Source of the DNA: Planctomycetota bacterium
GTDB taxonomy: Bacteria > Planctomycetota > GCA-002687715 > CAIWVZ01
Direction: 5' to 3'
Length of the DNA stretch: 64,000 nucleotides
Assembly (NCBI GenBank): GCA_044222185.1
Contig: JBGANV010000002.1
Span: forward strand, 768,001 to 832,000
Shown here: positions 1 to 10,660 of the stretch, one piece after another
How the letters are laid out: each line of letters starts with the position of its first letter
Position numbering within the stretch: position 1 is the first letter of the stretch
Notes under the pieces: model-generated
What the model saw: only the letters and a program-made list of their open reading frames with translations
Told to the model about the DNA's origin: nothing
Database searches by the model: none
Program-made: the position numbers and the translations under genes

Positions 1-128
1 GGGGCGCGGCAAGCGCGTGCTGTGCTCAAGCCGCCACGGACGGCATCCCGATCAGTCATCGAAGAGAGAGGTCCGGGTCCATCTGCAGGCACCTTCGCTG
101 AAATCGCGGACGCGGCCCACCCACCATC

Positions 129-1901
129 ATGACGACGAGTGAGAGAGCTCAAACCTCGGTGAACCAGATCCGGGCGCGGACGACGTTGCTCGGCGAGCTC
201 CTCATCAAGAAGGGAAAGCTCACCGACGAGAACCTCCAGCGCGCGCTGAAGTTCAAGAAGGAGCAAGGCTGCCGGCTCGGCCAGGCGCTGGTGACGTTGG
301 GACTCGTCACCGAGCTCGACATCGCCGACGCGCTCAAGCAGCAAGGCCGGGTGGCGTGCATCACGCTCTACCCGGAGATCATCGACCCGAACGTCGCGGG
401 CGAGATCGGCGAGGTCCGGTCCCGCCAGTGGAACCTGGTCGCGGTGAACCGCATCGCCGGGATGACGACCGTCGCGATGGAGGACCCTGGCGACGTCTAC
501 CGGATCGACGAACTCTCTCGCATCTTCAACACGCCCATCATGCCGGTGCGTGCCGAGCCCTCCGCGATCACGAAGTCGCTCGAGGTGGTCTTCGGGAAGA
601 AGGAGGAGCCACCCCCGGAGAACGCAGCCGACATCGAGGACATCATCGCTTCGGCCGGCGAGGATTTCGCCGTCAACCTGGACATCGGGACCAGCAACCC
701 CGACGCGGAAGGGGAGAACGACGCCAACCTCGACAAGCCGATCATCAACCTCATCCGGCGCGTGTTCGAGGACGGCTATCGGGCGCGGGCCAGCGACATC
801 CACTTCGAGGCCCGACAGAAGGCCTTCGTCGTGAGGTTCCGCGTCGACGGGTGTCTCTACGATCGCCTTTCACTGCCGCGGGGGTGGGCACGGCCCTGCC
901 TCGCGCGTCTCAAGGTCCTCGCCGAGCTCGATCTCGCCCAGCGGCGTCTTCCGCAGGACGGTCGCGCCCAGGCGGAGATCGATGGCCGTCGCGTCGACTT
1001 GCGCGTTGCGACGACTCCGACGATCGGCGGCGAGAGCGCGGTCATCCGAATCCTGGACGGTGGTCGCGAGCTTCGCGACATCGAGAGTCTGGATCTGGAC
1101 CCGCTGCAAATGCAGCGGTTGATCGGAATGACCGAGTGCTCCGACGGCTTCGTCATGACGACGGGCCCGACGGGAAGCGGCAAGACGACGACGCTCTACG
1201 GCCTGCTCAAGCGCCTCAACAAGCCGGACACGAAGATCATCACGCTCGAGGACCCGGTCGAGAACCAACTCGATGGCGTCACGCAGATCAACGCGGCACC
1301 CAAGGTCGGACTCACGTTCGCGAAGGGCCTGCGGTCGATCCTGCGGCAAGATCCGGACGTGGTGCTCATCGGCGAGATCCGCGACGAGGAGACGGCGCAG
1401 ATCGCCGTCGAGGCCGCCCTGACGGGGCACCTCGTGCTCTCCACGCTCCACACGGTCGGTACCGCCGAGACGATCACGCGCCTCACCGAAATGGGCGTGG
1501 AGTCCTACCTGCTCGCGGACACGATCCGCGGAATCGTCAGTCAGCGTCTCATCCGGCGGATCTGCAAGGCGTGCAAGCAACTGCTCGATACGCCCCCAGA
1601 GGTCCTGAGTCGCCTCGGAATCGACCCCTCGGGGGACGTGATGTTCTTCCACGGGGCCGGGTGCGAGGAGTGCCACGGCACGGGGTACAAGGGCCGCGTC
1701 GGTCTCTACGAAGTCATGGTCATGACGCCGGCGATCGCCTCGCTCATCACCCGCGGGAAACCGACGGAGGACATCCAGGCCGAGGCGCGCGCCTCGGGCA
1801 TGACCACGCTCATGGACGACGGGATCCGCAAGGCCCGGGCCGGTCACACGAGTCTCGCGGAAGTCCTCAGCGTCACGGGGCGCCAGCAGAAACAGACATG
1901 A
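129..1901 (+). CDS. GspE/PilB-family secretion/pilus assembly ATPase with N-terminal MshEN-like domain
   Basis: Walker A GPTGSGKT, TLEDPVE, LRQDPDVVLIGEIRD, STLHT, Zn motif CKAC...CEEC and GYKGRVGLYE. N-terminal LLGELL...RLGQAL tandem motif resembles the c-di-GMP-binding MshEN motif. Confidence 0.93.
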   Translation: MTTSERAQTSVNQIRARTTLLGELLIKKGKLTDENLQRALKFKKEQGCRLGQALVTLGLVTELDIADALKQQGRVACITLYPEIIDPNVAGEIGEVRSRQWNLVAVNRIAGMTTVAMEDPGDVYRIDELSRIFNTPIMPVRAEPSAITKSLEVVFGKKEEPPPENAADIEDIIASAGEDFAVNLDIGTSNPDAEGENDANLDKPIINLIRRVFEDGYRARASDIHFEARQKAFVVRFRVDGCLYDRLSLPRGWARPCLARLKVLAELDLAQRRLPQDGRAQAEIDGRRVDLRVATTPTIGGESAVIRILDGGRELRDIESLDLDPLQMQRLIGMTECSDGFVMTTGPTGSGKTTTLYGLLKRLNKPDTKIITLEDPVENQLDGVTQINAAPKVGLTFAKGLRSILRQDPDVVLIGEIRDEETAQIAVEAALTGHLVLSTLHTVGTAETITRLTEMGVESYLLADTIRGIVSQRLIRRICKACKQLLDTPPEVLSRLGIDPSGDVMFFHGAGCEECHGTGYKGRVGLYEVMVMTPAIASLITRGKPTEDIQAEARASGMTTLMDDGIRKARAGHTSLAEVLSVTGRQQKQT

Positions 1902-2305
1902 AGACCATCCTCTTCGTTCACGACCGGCAGGGCGCGGCTCCCGACACCCAACAGTTCCTCGAGCAGTCGGGCCACGAAGTGATCGCGGTGTCGAACGGCG
2001 ATGCGGCGCTGAAATCACTCGAACGGGATCTTCCCAGCCTCGTCCTCGCGGACGTCCTCATCGACGGCATGACGGGCTTCGACCTCGTGAAACGCATCCG
2101 CCGCCAGTTCAAGGCGACGGACCTCCCGGTCATCCTGTGCTCGGCGATCTACCGGTCTCGGCATTTCCGCGAGGAAGCGCTCGCCCTCGGGGCCCAGGAG
2201 TACGTGCTCAAACCGGTGAAATACGAAGACCTCGTCGCGCGCATCGGCGAGCTCGCGATCGTGCGGACCTGCTCCATCTTCCAGAAGCCGCTGACGGTCG
2301 GGTAG
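1898..2305 (+). CDS. Single-domain CheY-like response regulator
   Basis: ATG overlaps the upstream stop (ATGA). Sequence MKTILFVHD...LVLADVLIDGMTGFDL...PVILCSA...GAQEYVLKP. This is the real 3' part of track ORF 356..2305. Confidence 0.88.
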   Translation: MKTILFVHDRQGAAPDTQQFLEQSGHEVIAVSNGDAALKSLERDLPSLVLADVLIDGMTGFDLVKRIRRQFKATDLPVILCSAIYRSRHFREEALALGAQEYVLKPVKYEDLVARIGELAIVRTCSIFQKPLTVG

Positions 2306-2360
2306 CTGTCGCTTGGCTCGAACTGCGCTACGGTCGCGGCTTCACCGTCCGGAGATTCGC

Positions 2361-2921
2361 ATGAAGCCCGTCGTCTCGACCGTCGTTTTCGCACTCCTGT
2401 GTGGCTTGCCGTTGAACACCAGCGTCCTCCAGGACTCTGCGCCCGAGAGTCGGGCCGCGGAGGTCCAGGCAGATCCGAAGGACGTCGAGTCGATCGACGC
2501 GATCATCGCCGCGCTCTATGACGTGATCTCCGGTCCGCCTGGCAAGGCGCGCGATTGGAATCGCTTTCGTTCGTTGTTCGTGGCCGAGGCGCGCCTCATG
2601 ACGGTGCGCGAGAATCAGAAGGGTGGCACGTCGATCGCGTCGATGACACCCGCCGACTACGTGAAACGGGCTGGGCCTTACCTCGTGAAGGAAGGGTTCT
2701 TCGAGGGCGAGGTGAGCCGCAAGACCGAGGCGTTCGGCCTGATCGCGCACGTCTTCAGCACCTACGAATCACGGCTGAAGTCCAAGGACGAGAAACCTTT
2801 CGCGCGCGGGATCAACAGCATCCAGCTCATGAAGGACAAGGATCGCTGGTGGGTCGTCTCGATCTACTGGGGTGAGGAGTCCGAGAAGTACCCGCTGCCC
2901 GCGGAGTATCTGCGGAAGTAG
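2361..2921 (+). CDS. Secreted NTF2/SnoaL-like fold protein
   Basis: GGAG RBS before ATG 2361, signal peptide, and motifs SIDAIIAALYDVISGP, RDWNRFRSLF, AHVFSTYE, RGINSIQL. Confidence 0.7.
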   Translation: MKPVVSTVVFALLCGLPLNTSVLQDSAPESRAAEVQADPKDVESIDAIIAALYDVISGPPGKARDWNRFRSLFVAEARLMTVRENQKGGTSIASMTPADYVKRAGPYLVKEGFFEGEVSRKTEAFGLIAHVFSTYESRLKSKDEKPFARGINSIQLMKDKDRWWVVSIYWGEESEKYPLPAEYLRK

Positions 2922-3367
2922 GCGCGCGCCTCGCGCACGCGGGTCGAATCGACGGGGCTCTCCCGGAGCGCCAACCGTCCGGCGTCCCAGCGGGGCCTGG
3001 CCGGATCGCCGCGCGTCTCGCGGCCCTACGGGCGCCGATTTCGGCCCGGCCCGCGATCAGCACCGCCCGCCGGATTCCCTGACGCCCCGCGCCTGACCGA
3101 GATCCCCGGCACGGACGCCGGGAATCGAATCGACGGACCCTCGCGCCCGAGTGCGGCCATCCGCCCGTTCCGGCTTCGTTCGGCGCCTCGGGCGCTGCGA
3201 ATGCCGGAGATCGGCCTGGCCTCGACTGATCCTTCCACGCGGCGATCCCCGCCCTCGCCTGTAAGATGCCGCCGGCGCTCGGCGGCGCCTGGTCGGCTGA
3301 GAGTTCTCCCCGCGTGGGGAACGGCGCAACAGCGGCAATCGAACACCGCTCATGCGAAGGAGGCATC

Positions 3368-6112
3368 ATGCGAAATCTGAACGGAACCGTGACGGGCCAG
3401 GCGCTGATCGTCGTGGCGAGTCTCTTCGTCCTCTCGGCCATGGTGGCGAAGCCCGGCATGGCGCAATCGTGTGGGGGATTTCCTCCGTTGATGATCGCGG
3501 GGGTCCCGGGCACGGCGGACGCAATGTTCTGGGCGCACGCGCCGGGCGTCTCGGCGTCGTTCTCGCGGCGGCAAGTGGAGTTCCAGGCCACGCGCCTGCC
3601 CGCGGATCTGGATCCGACGGCCACGGCGCTCGTTCTGCGCCCTCGGGGCTGCGGCCACGCGTCGCCTCGCGGTGAAGTCCGGAGCCCGACGCATGTGAAC
3701 TGGTACCTGGGACAGGACCCATCGACCTGGCGGACGGATCTTTCGGCGTTCGAGCGCGTCGCATACGGGGCCGCCGGCTCGGGCATCACACTCGATTGGA
3801 GGATCACGCGCGGCGTCTTCCAGTACACGATCATCGTGGAGCCCGGCGCCGACGAATCGGTGTTCGCGTTCCAGGCCCCGCCTGTCGGGCGCTTCCTGCC
3901 GAAGGCTGACGGCAGCGTCGACCTCGATCTCGGTGCGTCGACGTGGACCCAGACGGCGCCGCGAGCCTGGGAGATCGGCGAGCTGGGAGCCCAGATCGAC
4001 GTCGACTGCAAGTTCCGCGTGGATCCCGACGGATCCCTGGGATTCGACGTGCAGCGGCGTGACCGCTCACGGCGCCTCGTCATCGACCCGTTCGTCGTGG
4101 TGACGACGCGGCTCACGGCCCAGACGGCGGCCGATGGCCTCCTCGACGTGACGACAGACCCCGCGGGGAACGTCCTCGCCACGGGAGGCATCTCGACGAC
4201 GACCATCAACTCGGATGCCTTCGTGCTCCGCCGGTCTCCCGACCTGGCCACGGCGCAGTTCCTCACGGTGATCGGCGGCACCCTCGCCGAGACGCCGAAC
4301 CGCGTCGTCGTCGCGCCCAGTGGCGACATCTACGTATGCGGCAACACGACGTCGACGAACTTTCCGACGCCCGGAGGGTATCGGACGACACAAGGCGGCG
4401 CGGGCGACGCATTCATCTCCAGGCTCACGCCGCTCGGGACCATGATCAACGGCACGTACCTCGGAGGCTCGGCCGCGGACTACGGCACGCTTGCGACGGG
4501 CGGGGGCGGGTTCCAGGTCAACGGGGGACTCGCCGTCGACAAGGCGGGCCTCGTCTACATCACCGGACAAACCGCATCGTTCAACTTCCCGACGACTCCG
4601 GGAGCGGCTTTCACGATCCGCAGTGGCGCGAGCGACGGATTCGTCTCGAAGCTCTCCGCCAATCTGGGGCAACTCGTCGCCTCGACCTACTACGGCGGAA
4701 CCAGCGACGAGACGCCGAAGGACTGCACGATCGATCCGTGGGGCGACATCCTCACGTACTCGTCCACGACGTCGAGCACGGGCGTGCCGCTGACGTCGAA
4801 CGCGCTGTCGACGTCCTTGCAAGGCACGTCCGACGACCTGCTCGTGCGTTTCGACCCCACGCTGACGCGCGTGCTGTATGCCTCGTACGTCGGCGGGAAC
4901 GGAACCGAGTTCGCGGCGCGCGTTCGCAACGGCCCACGGGGTTCGGTCTACGTCGCGGGCGTGACCACCTCGACGAACCTGGCGACGCCGGGGGCGATCA
5001 GCTCGGCGACGACGGCCGCAGGCCAGGACTGTTACGTCGCGCGACTGACGATCGGCGTTGCCGCGACGTCTCTCGACTGGGCCGCGGTTCTCGGCGGCGG
5101 CCTCACCGACTTCACGAACGGGCTCGCCGTCGACGAGGTCGGCAATGCGTACGTGTGTGGTGCGACGACCTCGACGAACTACCCCGTTCTGGCAGGCACG
5201 AGCTATTCCGGCGGAACCGCCACGGGTCCCGGCGATGGCTTCATCAGCTGCCTTTCCGCGAACGGCACCACGTTGCTTGCGAGCTCGTACCTCGGGGGCA
5301 CGGGCGACGACGCGGGCAACAGTGTCGTGCTCGGGCGTTCCTCCGGGCAGCTCGGCGTCGACGACGTCTATTTCGCCGGCTACACGACGGCCCTGCCGTT
5401 CCCTGGAGCCACGGGCGCGATCGGCGGGGGAAGCGATGGCTTCATCGCCGCGCTCCAGTTCCAGGCCGGGCCACCGCGGGTGTTGACGGTTTCGCCGGCG
5501 ACGTCCGGGCTCGCGGGCGTGCCGGTGACGATCACCGGTGGCGGCTTCCTGGGCCAGGGGACGACGACGGTGCGATTCGGAGGAGTTCCCGCCACCAGCG
5601 TCGTCGTGACGAACGCGACGACGATCACGTGCGTGGCACCGGCCGCCTCCGCCTCGGGTGCCGTGGACGTGGACGTCCAGAACAACGCGGGAACGTTCGT
5701 CCTGAATCGGGCATTCACCTACACCGTCACGAACGTCACGCCATTCGGCTGTCCGACGCCGCAGATGACGACGGCGCCACAGCTCGGGGCCGGTTTCCCA
5801 CCGGTCCAGGGCGCGCCGTTCTCGTTCGTGTGCCGCGCCGCGCAGCCCAACGTGGTCGGCTTCATCGTCGTGACGAGTGCTCGATACACCGCTCCGCTGA
5901 TGGTCGGCGCCGTGCCCGTGTGGGTCGACCTCTCGATCGCGCTGCCGATCATCCCGCTCACGTCGGATGGCGCCGGTACGTCGATCCTCGCCTTCACGAT
6001 GCCGAGTGGTCCCGGACTCTCAGGACTGAGTCTGTACGCGCAGGCGGCCTGGCCGGACGCGGCCAGCGCAGCCTTCGCAGTGACGGAAGCGATCCAGCTC
6101 ACGATCCAGTGA
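3368..6112 (+). CDS. Secreted SBBP beta-propeller repeat protein with IPT/TIG domain and C-terminal module
   Basis: GGAGG RBS and signal peptide. Repeats of the type (S/T)YLGG..D....AVD..G..Y..G.T.S.NFP, then an IPT/TIG segment (VSPA...VTITGGGF...VRFGG...TTITCVAP). Confidence 0.82.
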   Translation: MRNLNGTVTGQALIVVASLFVLSAMVAKPGMAQSCGGFPPLMIAGVPGTADAMFWAHAPGVSASFSRRQVEFQATRLPADLDPTATALVLRPRGCGHASPRGEVRSPTHVNWYLGQDPSTWRTDLSAFERVAYGAAGSGITLDWRITRGVFQYTIIVEPGADESVFAFQAPPVGRFLPKADGSVDLDLGASTWTQTAPRAWEIGELGAQIDVDCKFRVDPDGSLGFDVQRRDRSRRLVIDPFVVVTTRLTAQTAADGLLDVTTDPAGNVLATGGISTTTINSDAFVLRRSPDLATAQFLTVIGGTLAETPNRVVVAPSGDIYVCGNTTSTNFPTPGGYRTTQGGAGDAFISRLTPLGTMINGTYLGGSAADYGTLATGGGGFQVNGGLAVDKAGLVYITGQTASFNFPTTPGAAFTIRSGASDGFVSKLSANLGQLVASTYYGGTSDETPKDCTIDPWGDILTYSSTTSSTGVPLTSNALSTSLQGTSDDLLVRFDPTLTRVLYASYVGGNGTEFAARVRNGPRGSVYVAGVTTSTNLATPGAISSATTAAGQDCYVARLTIGVAATSLDWAAVLGGGLTDFTNGLAVDEVGNAYVCGATTSTNYPVLAGTSYSGGTATGPGDGFISCLSANGTTLLASSYLGGTGDDAGNSVVLGRSSGQLGVDDVYFAGYTTALPFPGATGAIGGGSDGFIAALQFQAGPPRVLTVSPATSGLAGVPVTITGGGFLGQGTTTVRFGGVPATSVVVTNATTITCVAPAASASGAVDVDVQNNAGTFVLNRAFTYTVTNVTPFGCPTPQMTTAPQLGAGFPPVQGAPFSFVCRAAQPNVVGFIVVTSARYTAPLMVGAVPVWVDLSIALPIIPLTSDGAGTSILAFTMPSGPGLSGLSLYAQAAWPDAASAAFAVTEAIQLTIQ

Positions 6113-6252
6113 GGGCCGCGCGGTCTCGCCCCTTTTCGGCGGTCGCGGAGACGAAACGCGCTCCGAGCGGCGGATGGGGGGCGCCGCTCGTTACACACGG
6201 GTGACCCGCACGGGGGGGCGGGAACCGTCAGAATGGGCAGACAGGAGATCCC

Positions 6253-8019
6253 ATGAGCTGCCCAAGGTTCGCGCTCGTCGTCGTGTGGTGGTGCGCGTGT
6301 GGCTGGGCCGTCGGAGTCGCCCAGGGGCCGGCGTCGACGACACGGCCCAAGGGCGAGATCGACCGCCTTCCGATTCGCGAGGTCACCGCGTTCAAGGATG
6401 GTCACGCCTTCGTGATCCGCCGAGGGGTCGTCCCCACGGACGGGCGCGGCAACGTGGTCCTCGACGAACTGCCCGAGCCCGTCCTCGGAACGTTCTGGCC
6501 GTTCGCGTCGCAGGCGGGACCGGCGAAGCTCGTCTCGGTCACGGCCGGGCAGCGGCGCGTCGCCGTGACGAGGACGGGCCTCACGCTCGCGGCTCTCATC
6601 GAGGCGAACGTGGGCTCGGAGGCGTTCATCACGGAGGCGGGCGGTCTTCGATATCCGGCGACCATCGTCGGCGTGCCGCAACGATCGTCCGCCGAACTCC
6701 GCGCGACGGATCCGGCGGGCTCGCGCGAACGCGCGGCGGAGAAGGCGAACCTCGTGGTCCTGAAGACGGCCGACGGCGTGAAGGTCGTCGCGCTCGACCG
6801 CATCCAGGACGTGACGATCAAGGGCGACCCCAAGCTCACGAGTCCCGTCGAGGAGTTCCGCGAAGTGCTCACGTTGAAACTCGCATGGAGCGATGGCGCG
6901 CCGCAGCCAACCGCCGACGTCGGCATGGGATACCTGCAAGAAGGGTTCCGTTGGTGGCCGAGCTATCGGGTCGTCATCACGTCCGACGGTCAGGCGACGG
7001 TCCAGCTCCAAGCGACCCTCGTGAATGATTTGGCGGACATCGAGGATGGGACGGTCCAATTGGTGATCGGAGTCCCGAGCTTCGAGGCGAAGGGGATGTT
7101 GGACCCGATCTCCCTCCAGGAGACGTTGGCTCGGGTCGCGTCGCGCCAGGACGATGCGTCACAGTTGTCGAACGTGCTCGGAAACAACGCCATCTCCAGC
7201 CAGATCATGGTCACGGCGGGAGAGGCACGGGGACGTCGCAGCGGCGCCGCTGGCGACGCGGCCGAACCGGATGCAACGGGCGAGAAACAGGAGGACCTCT
7301 TCTACTTCACCGTGAAGAACGTCACGCTCATGAAGGGGGAGCGACTCGTGACGCCGGTCGCTGAAGTGAAGGTCCCGTACAAGGACGTCTATCGGCTGGA
7401 TCTGACCTACGCACCCCCGCGGGAGATGGCGCCGAACGTCGACATCTCTCGGCAACCGTTGGCGTCGCGGCTGCTCGCCGCGCCCAAGGTTCAGCACGCA
7501 CTGCGTCTGGAGAACCAGGCGTCGTTCCCGCTGACGACGGCGCCCGCCCTGATCCTTCGGGACGAGCGCGTGCTCGCGCAGGGACTCATCACCTACACGC
7601 CTCCCGGTGGCTCGGTCGATCTGGGGCTCACCGCGGCCGTCGACGTGAAGGTCAAGAAGTCGGACGTGGAGAAGGCCCGGACGATCGGTGCCGTGCAGGT
7701 GAAGGACGCGAGGTACTCGCGCGTCGAGCTGACGGGGACGGTCGAGCTTTCGAGTTTCGCCCGCAAGCCCATCGAGATCGAGGTCACGCGATGGGTCCTC
7801 GGTGAGATGAAGTCCGCGACCGAGGGCGGCAAGGTCGAGATGGTGAACGTGCAGGAAGACGGCTCGTGGGCGGAGTCCAGGCCGCCGTGGTGGGGCTGGT
7901 ACAGTTGGCCCTATTGGTGGGCGCAGCTCAACGGTGTGGGGCGTGCCACCTGGACCGTGAAGCTCGAACCAGGCAAGTCGTCGACGCTCGGCTACGAGTG
8001 GCAGTACTACTGGCAGTGA
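6253..8019 (+). CDS. Secreted DUF4140/DUF4139-like protein
   Basis: AGGAG RBS and signal peptide. Motifs IREVTAFKDGHAFV, YLQEGFRWWPSY, LQATLVND, LENQASFPLTTAPA, WTVKLEPG. Confidence 0.7.
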   Translation: MSCPRFALVVVWWCACGWAVGVAQGPASTTRPKGEIDRLPIREVTAFKDGHAFVIRRGVVPTDGRGNVVLDELPEPVLGTFWPFASQAGPAKLVSVTAGQRRVAVTRTGLTLAALIEANVGSEAFITEAGGLRYPATIVGVPQRSSAELRATDPAGSRERAAEKANLVVLKTADGVKVVALDRIQDVTIKGDPKLTSPVEEFREVLTLKLAWSDGAPQPTADVGMGYLQEGFRWWPSYRVVITSDGQATVQLQATLVNDLADIEDGTVQLVIGVPSFEAKGMLDPISLQETLARVASRQDDASQLSNVLGNNAISSQIMVTAGEARGRRSGAAGDAAEPDATGEKQEDLFYFTVKNVTLMKGERLVTPVAEVKVPYKDVYRLDLTYAPPREMAPNVDISRQPLASRLLAAPKVQHALRLENQASFPLTTAPALILRDERVLAQGLITYTPPGGSVDLGLTAAVDVKVKKSDVEKARTIGAVQVKDARYSRVELTGTVELSSFARKPIEIEVTRWVLGEMKSATEGGKVEMVNVQEDGSWAESRPPWWGWYSWPYWWAQLNGVGRATWTVKLEPGKSSTLGYEWQYYWQ

Positions 8020-8075
8020 TGTCGATGGCGCCGGGGCGAGGCCCTGGTGCCGGATCGCGACGGAAATCGAACCCT

Positions 8076-8783
8076 ATGCCCCCTCCGACCATCCTCGTCG
8101 TCGAAGACGATCGCGCCATTCGCCGCGGCGTCGTCGATGCCCTGAAGTTCGCGAGCTACCTCACCGCCGAAGCCGCCGACGGCGAAGAGGGGTTGAAGTT
8201 GGCGCTCGGCTCCGCCGTCGACCTCGTCCTGCTCGACGTGCTGATGCCGAAGATGGACGGGTTCACCGTCCTCGAGATGCTGCGTCAGTCCAGGCCCGCG
8301 CTCCCGGTGATCGTGCTGACGGCAAAGGGAACGGAGGAGGACCGGGTCCGCGGTCTGAAGTCCGGAGCCGACGATTACGTCGTGAAGCCGTTCTCGGCGC
8401 GTGAGCTGTTGGCGCGTGTCGAGGCCGTCCTGCGACGCTCGCCGAGTCGCCCCGATCTCGTCGGTTTGCTCGAGCTGCGTGGTCGCGTCATCGACTTCGC
8501 ACGCCGCGAGATTCGCTTCGACGATGGCGCGCGCGTGGAGATCTCCGAGCGGGAGTCGGAGATCCTCCACTACCTTGCCGCCAATCGTGGCCGGGCGATC
8601 GGCCGCGAAGAACTCCTCTCACGCGTCTGGGGCCTCGATCCTCGTGGGTTGCAGACGCGGACCGTCGACATGCACGTGGCGCGACTGCGCGAACGGCTGC
8701 GGGATTCGCTCGAGGCGCCTGAGGTGATCCTCACCGTCCGGTCGAAGGGGTACATGCTCGCCAAGTCCCCGGGTGACGGGTGA
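8076..8783 (+). CDS. OmpR/PhoB-family response regulator
   Basis: ILVVEDD, LLDVLMPKMDG, LTAK, GADDYVVKPF, and wHTH RTVDMHVARLR...TVRSKGY. Confidence 0.95.
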   Translation: MPPPTILVVEDDRAIRRGVVDALKFASYLTAEAADGEEGLKLALGSAVDLVLLDVLMPKMDGFTVLEMLRQSRPALPVIVLTAKGTEEDRVRGLKSGADDYVVKPFSARELLARVEAVLRRSPSRPDLVGLLELRGRVIDFARREIRFDDGARVEISERESEILHYLAANRGRAIGREELLSRVWGLDPRGLQTRTVDMHVARLRERLRDSLEAPEVILTVRSKGYMLAKSPGDG

Positions 8784-10660
8784 TGCGACGCCCATCCCCC
8801 ATCTGGATCGTGTTCTGCGGCGGCGCCGTCGTGGTGACGGCCGCACTCGCCTTCGTCAGCGTCGAGTCACTCGCGCTCGAGCGCAGCGAGCGAGCGGCGC
8901 GCGAGGAGGCGCACAGGCAGGAGCAGCTCCGTTCCGCGCTGTGGCGCATGGAGGGAACGCTCGCACCGATCCTGGGACAGGAGAGTGCGCGGCCCGGCTT
9001 CCAGTACGAGCCGTTCTATACGGTCGACCAGACCACGCGCGGGAAGTCTGGGACCATCACGACGCAACTCACCGTGGCGTCTCCGTTGCTCGGATTTCGT
9101 TTCGATCCCTTCCGCGTGCACTTCCAGATCGCCGCCGATCAGACGGTGACGTCGCCGCAGGTTCCGCCCGCGGACGCGCCGCTGGGCGTGAATGGCGCCG
9201 TCGTCGAGGAGGTCGCGACCCAGGCGCGCGCTCAGCTCGAGGAGCTTCGGCGGCTCGGCTTGCCCGAGCGCATCCTTGGAATTGCCGGGATTCCGCCGTC
9301 GCAAAATCCGGTCAGCGAACACCAGGTGCAATACGAGGCGAACGCTGGCAATGCTCAGACCCACGGTGGCCTGCAGCAGACGGTGGTGGAAGGGAAGGGC
9401 GACGACGCGACCGCCGGCGTGGGACCGCAGCAGTTCAATTGGAACGCACTCAACAACCCCGCATTGAACAACTCGAATGCGGCGGACTTCGTCCAGCGGG
9501 CCCAGGCAGCGGAGCGCATGCAGCGCCGTGCGGCCGACAGCCGCAACATGCCCAACTCGCGTCTGGCGCCGCGCGCCGGTGTGCCGTGGGAGACCTCGCC
9601 CATGGCCGTTCATTGGATCGACACGGCCATCGGCGGACGGGAACTCGTCATCATCCGCACGGCGAAGATCGAGGCACGGACCTTGGTCCAGGGCATCTGG
9701 GTGAACTGGAGCGGGCTGAAGGATTGGCTCCTCGCCGACAACCGCGAGACGTTTCCGGCCGGGGACCTTCTTCCCGCGGTCACCGCCGACGAAAGCGCCT
9801 TCGCACAGATGCTCGCGACGGTTCCGGTGTTGTTCGATCCGGGCCCCGTGGCCCGGCTGGCTCATGACGGGATCTCGGCGACACGGGTGATCCTCGGCGT
9901 GTCGTGGGTCGCAATCGTCGGCGCCGTCGTCGCCGTGGGATTGACGCTGCGAGCGGCCATGGACCTGGGAGAGCGCCGTGGTCGATTCGTGTCGGCCGTG
10001 ACTCACGAGTTGCGCACTCCGCTCACGACGTTCCGCATGTACACGCAGATGCTCGCCGACGGCATGGTGACCGACGAGCAGACGAAGTGCGAGTACGTGG
10101 AGACGCTTCGTGGCGAGTCGGACCGGCTGGCCCGCGTCGTCGAGAGCGTGCTCCTCTATTCGCGACTGGAGGAAGGGCGTGGTGGCGCGCATCGCCAGCA
10201 CGTCGGCGCGACCGCACTGATCGAGTCCGTCGTCGCGCCGCTCGAGCAGCGGGCCCGCGACGGCGGCATGGATCTCGTCGTCGACGTAGACGTGCCCGAG
10301 GCTGCGGCCCTCGACGTCGACGTCCAGGCTGTCGAGCAAATCCTCCTCAATCTCGTCGACAACGCATGCAAGTACGCTGGGGCGTGCGACGATCGCCGAA
10401 TCGAGATTCGCGCGCGTACGACCGGCACGTCGTTGGTGGTCGCCTGCAGCGACCACGGTCCCGGCGTTCCACAGGCCGAGTGTGAGGCCGTCTTCCTGCC
10501 GTTCCGCCGCGCCGCGCGTGACGTTGCGGGGCCCACGCCGGGGGTCGGGCTCGGACTCAGCGTGGCGCGGGGCCTCGCGCGGGCTCTCGGTGGCGAGCTC
10601 CGGCTGATGGATCCGTCCGCGCCGGGGGCCACGTTCGAGCTTTGCCTGCCGCTGCTTTGA
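8783..10660 (+). CDS. Membrane sensor histidine kinase
   Basis: TGATG coupling with the regulator and two TM segments. H-box VTHELRTPLT, N-box NLVDNACKY, G1 DHGPGV, G2 GVGLGL. Confidence 0.94.
   Translation: MRRPSPIWIVFCGGAVVVTAALAFVSVESLALERSERAAREEAHRQEQLRSALWRMEGTLAPILGQESARPGFQYEPFYTVDQTTRGKSGTITTQLTVASPLLGFRFDPFRVHFQIAADQTVTSPQVPPADAPLGVNGAVVEEVATQARAQLEELRRLGLPERILGIAGIPPSQNPVSEHQVQYEANAGNAQTHGGLQQTVVEGKGDDATAGVGPQQFNWNALNNPALNNSNAADFVQRAQAAERMQRRAADSRNMPNSRLAPRAGVPWETSPMAVHWIDTAIGGRELVIIRTAKIEARTLVQGIWVNWSGLKDWLLADNRETFPAGDLLPAVTADESAFAQMLATVPVLFDPGPVARLAHDGISATRVILGVSWVAIVGAVVAVGLTLRAAMDLGERRGRFVSAVTHELRTPLTTFRMYTQMLADGMVTDEQTKCEYVETLRGESDRLARVVESVLLYSRLEEGRGGAHRQHVGATALIESVVAPLEQRARDGGMDLVVDVDVPEAAALDVDVQAVEQILLNLVDNACKYAGACDDRRIEIRARTTGTSLVVACSDHGPGVPQAECEAVFLPFRRAARDVAGPTPGVGLGLSVARGLARALGGELRLMDPSAPGATFELCLPLL

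Noticed and set aside
356-1897. 649-aa ORF overlapping the ATPase
   Set aside because: Arg-rich shadow frame; only 1898-2305 is a real receiver domain.
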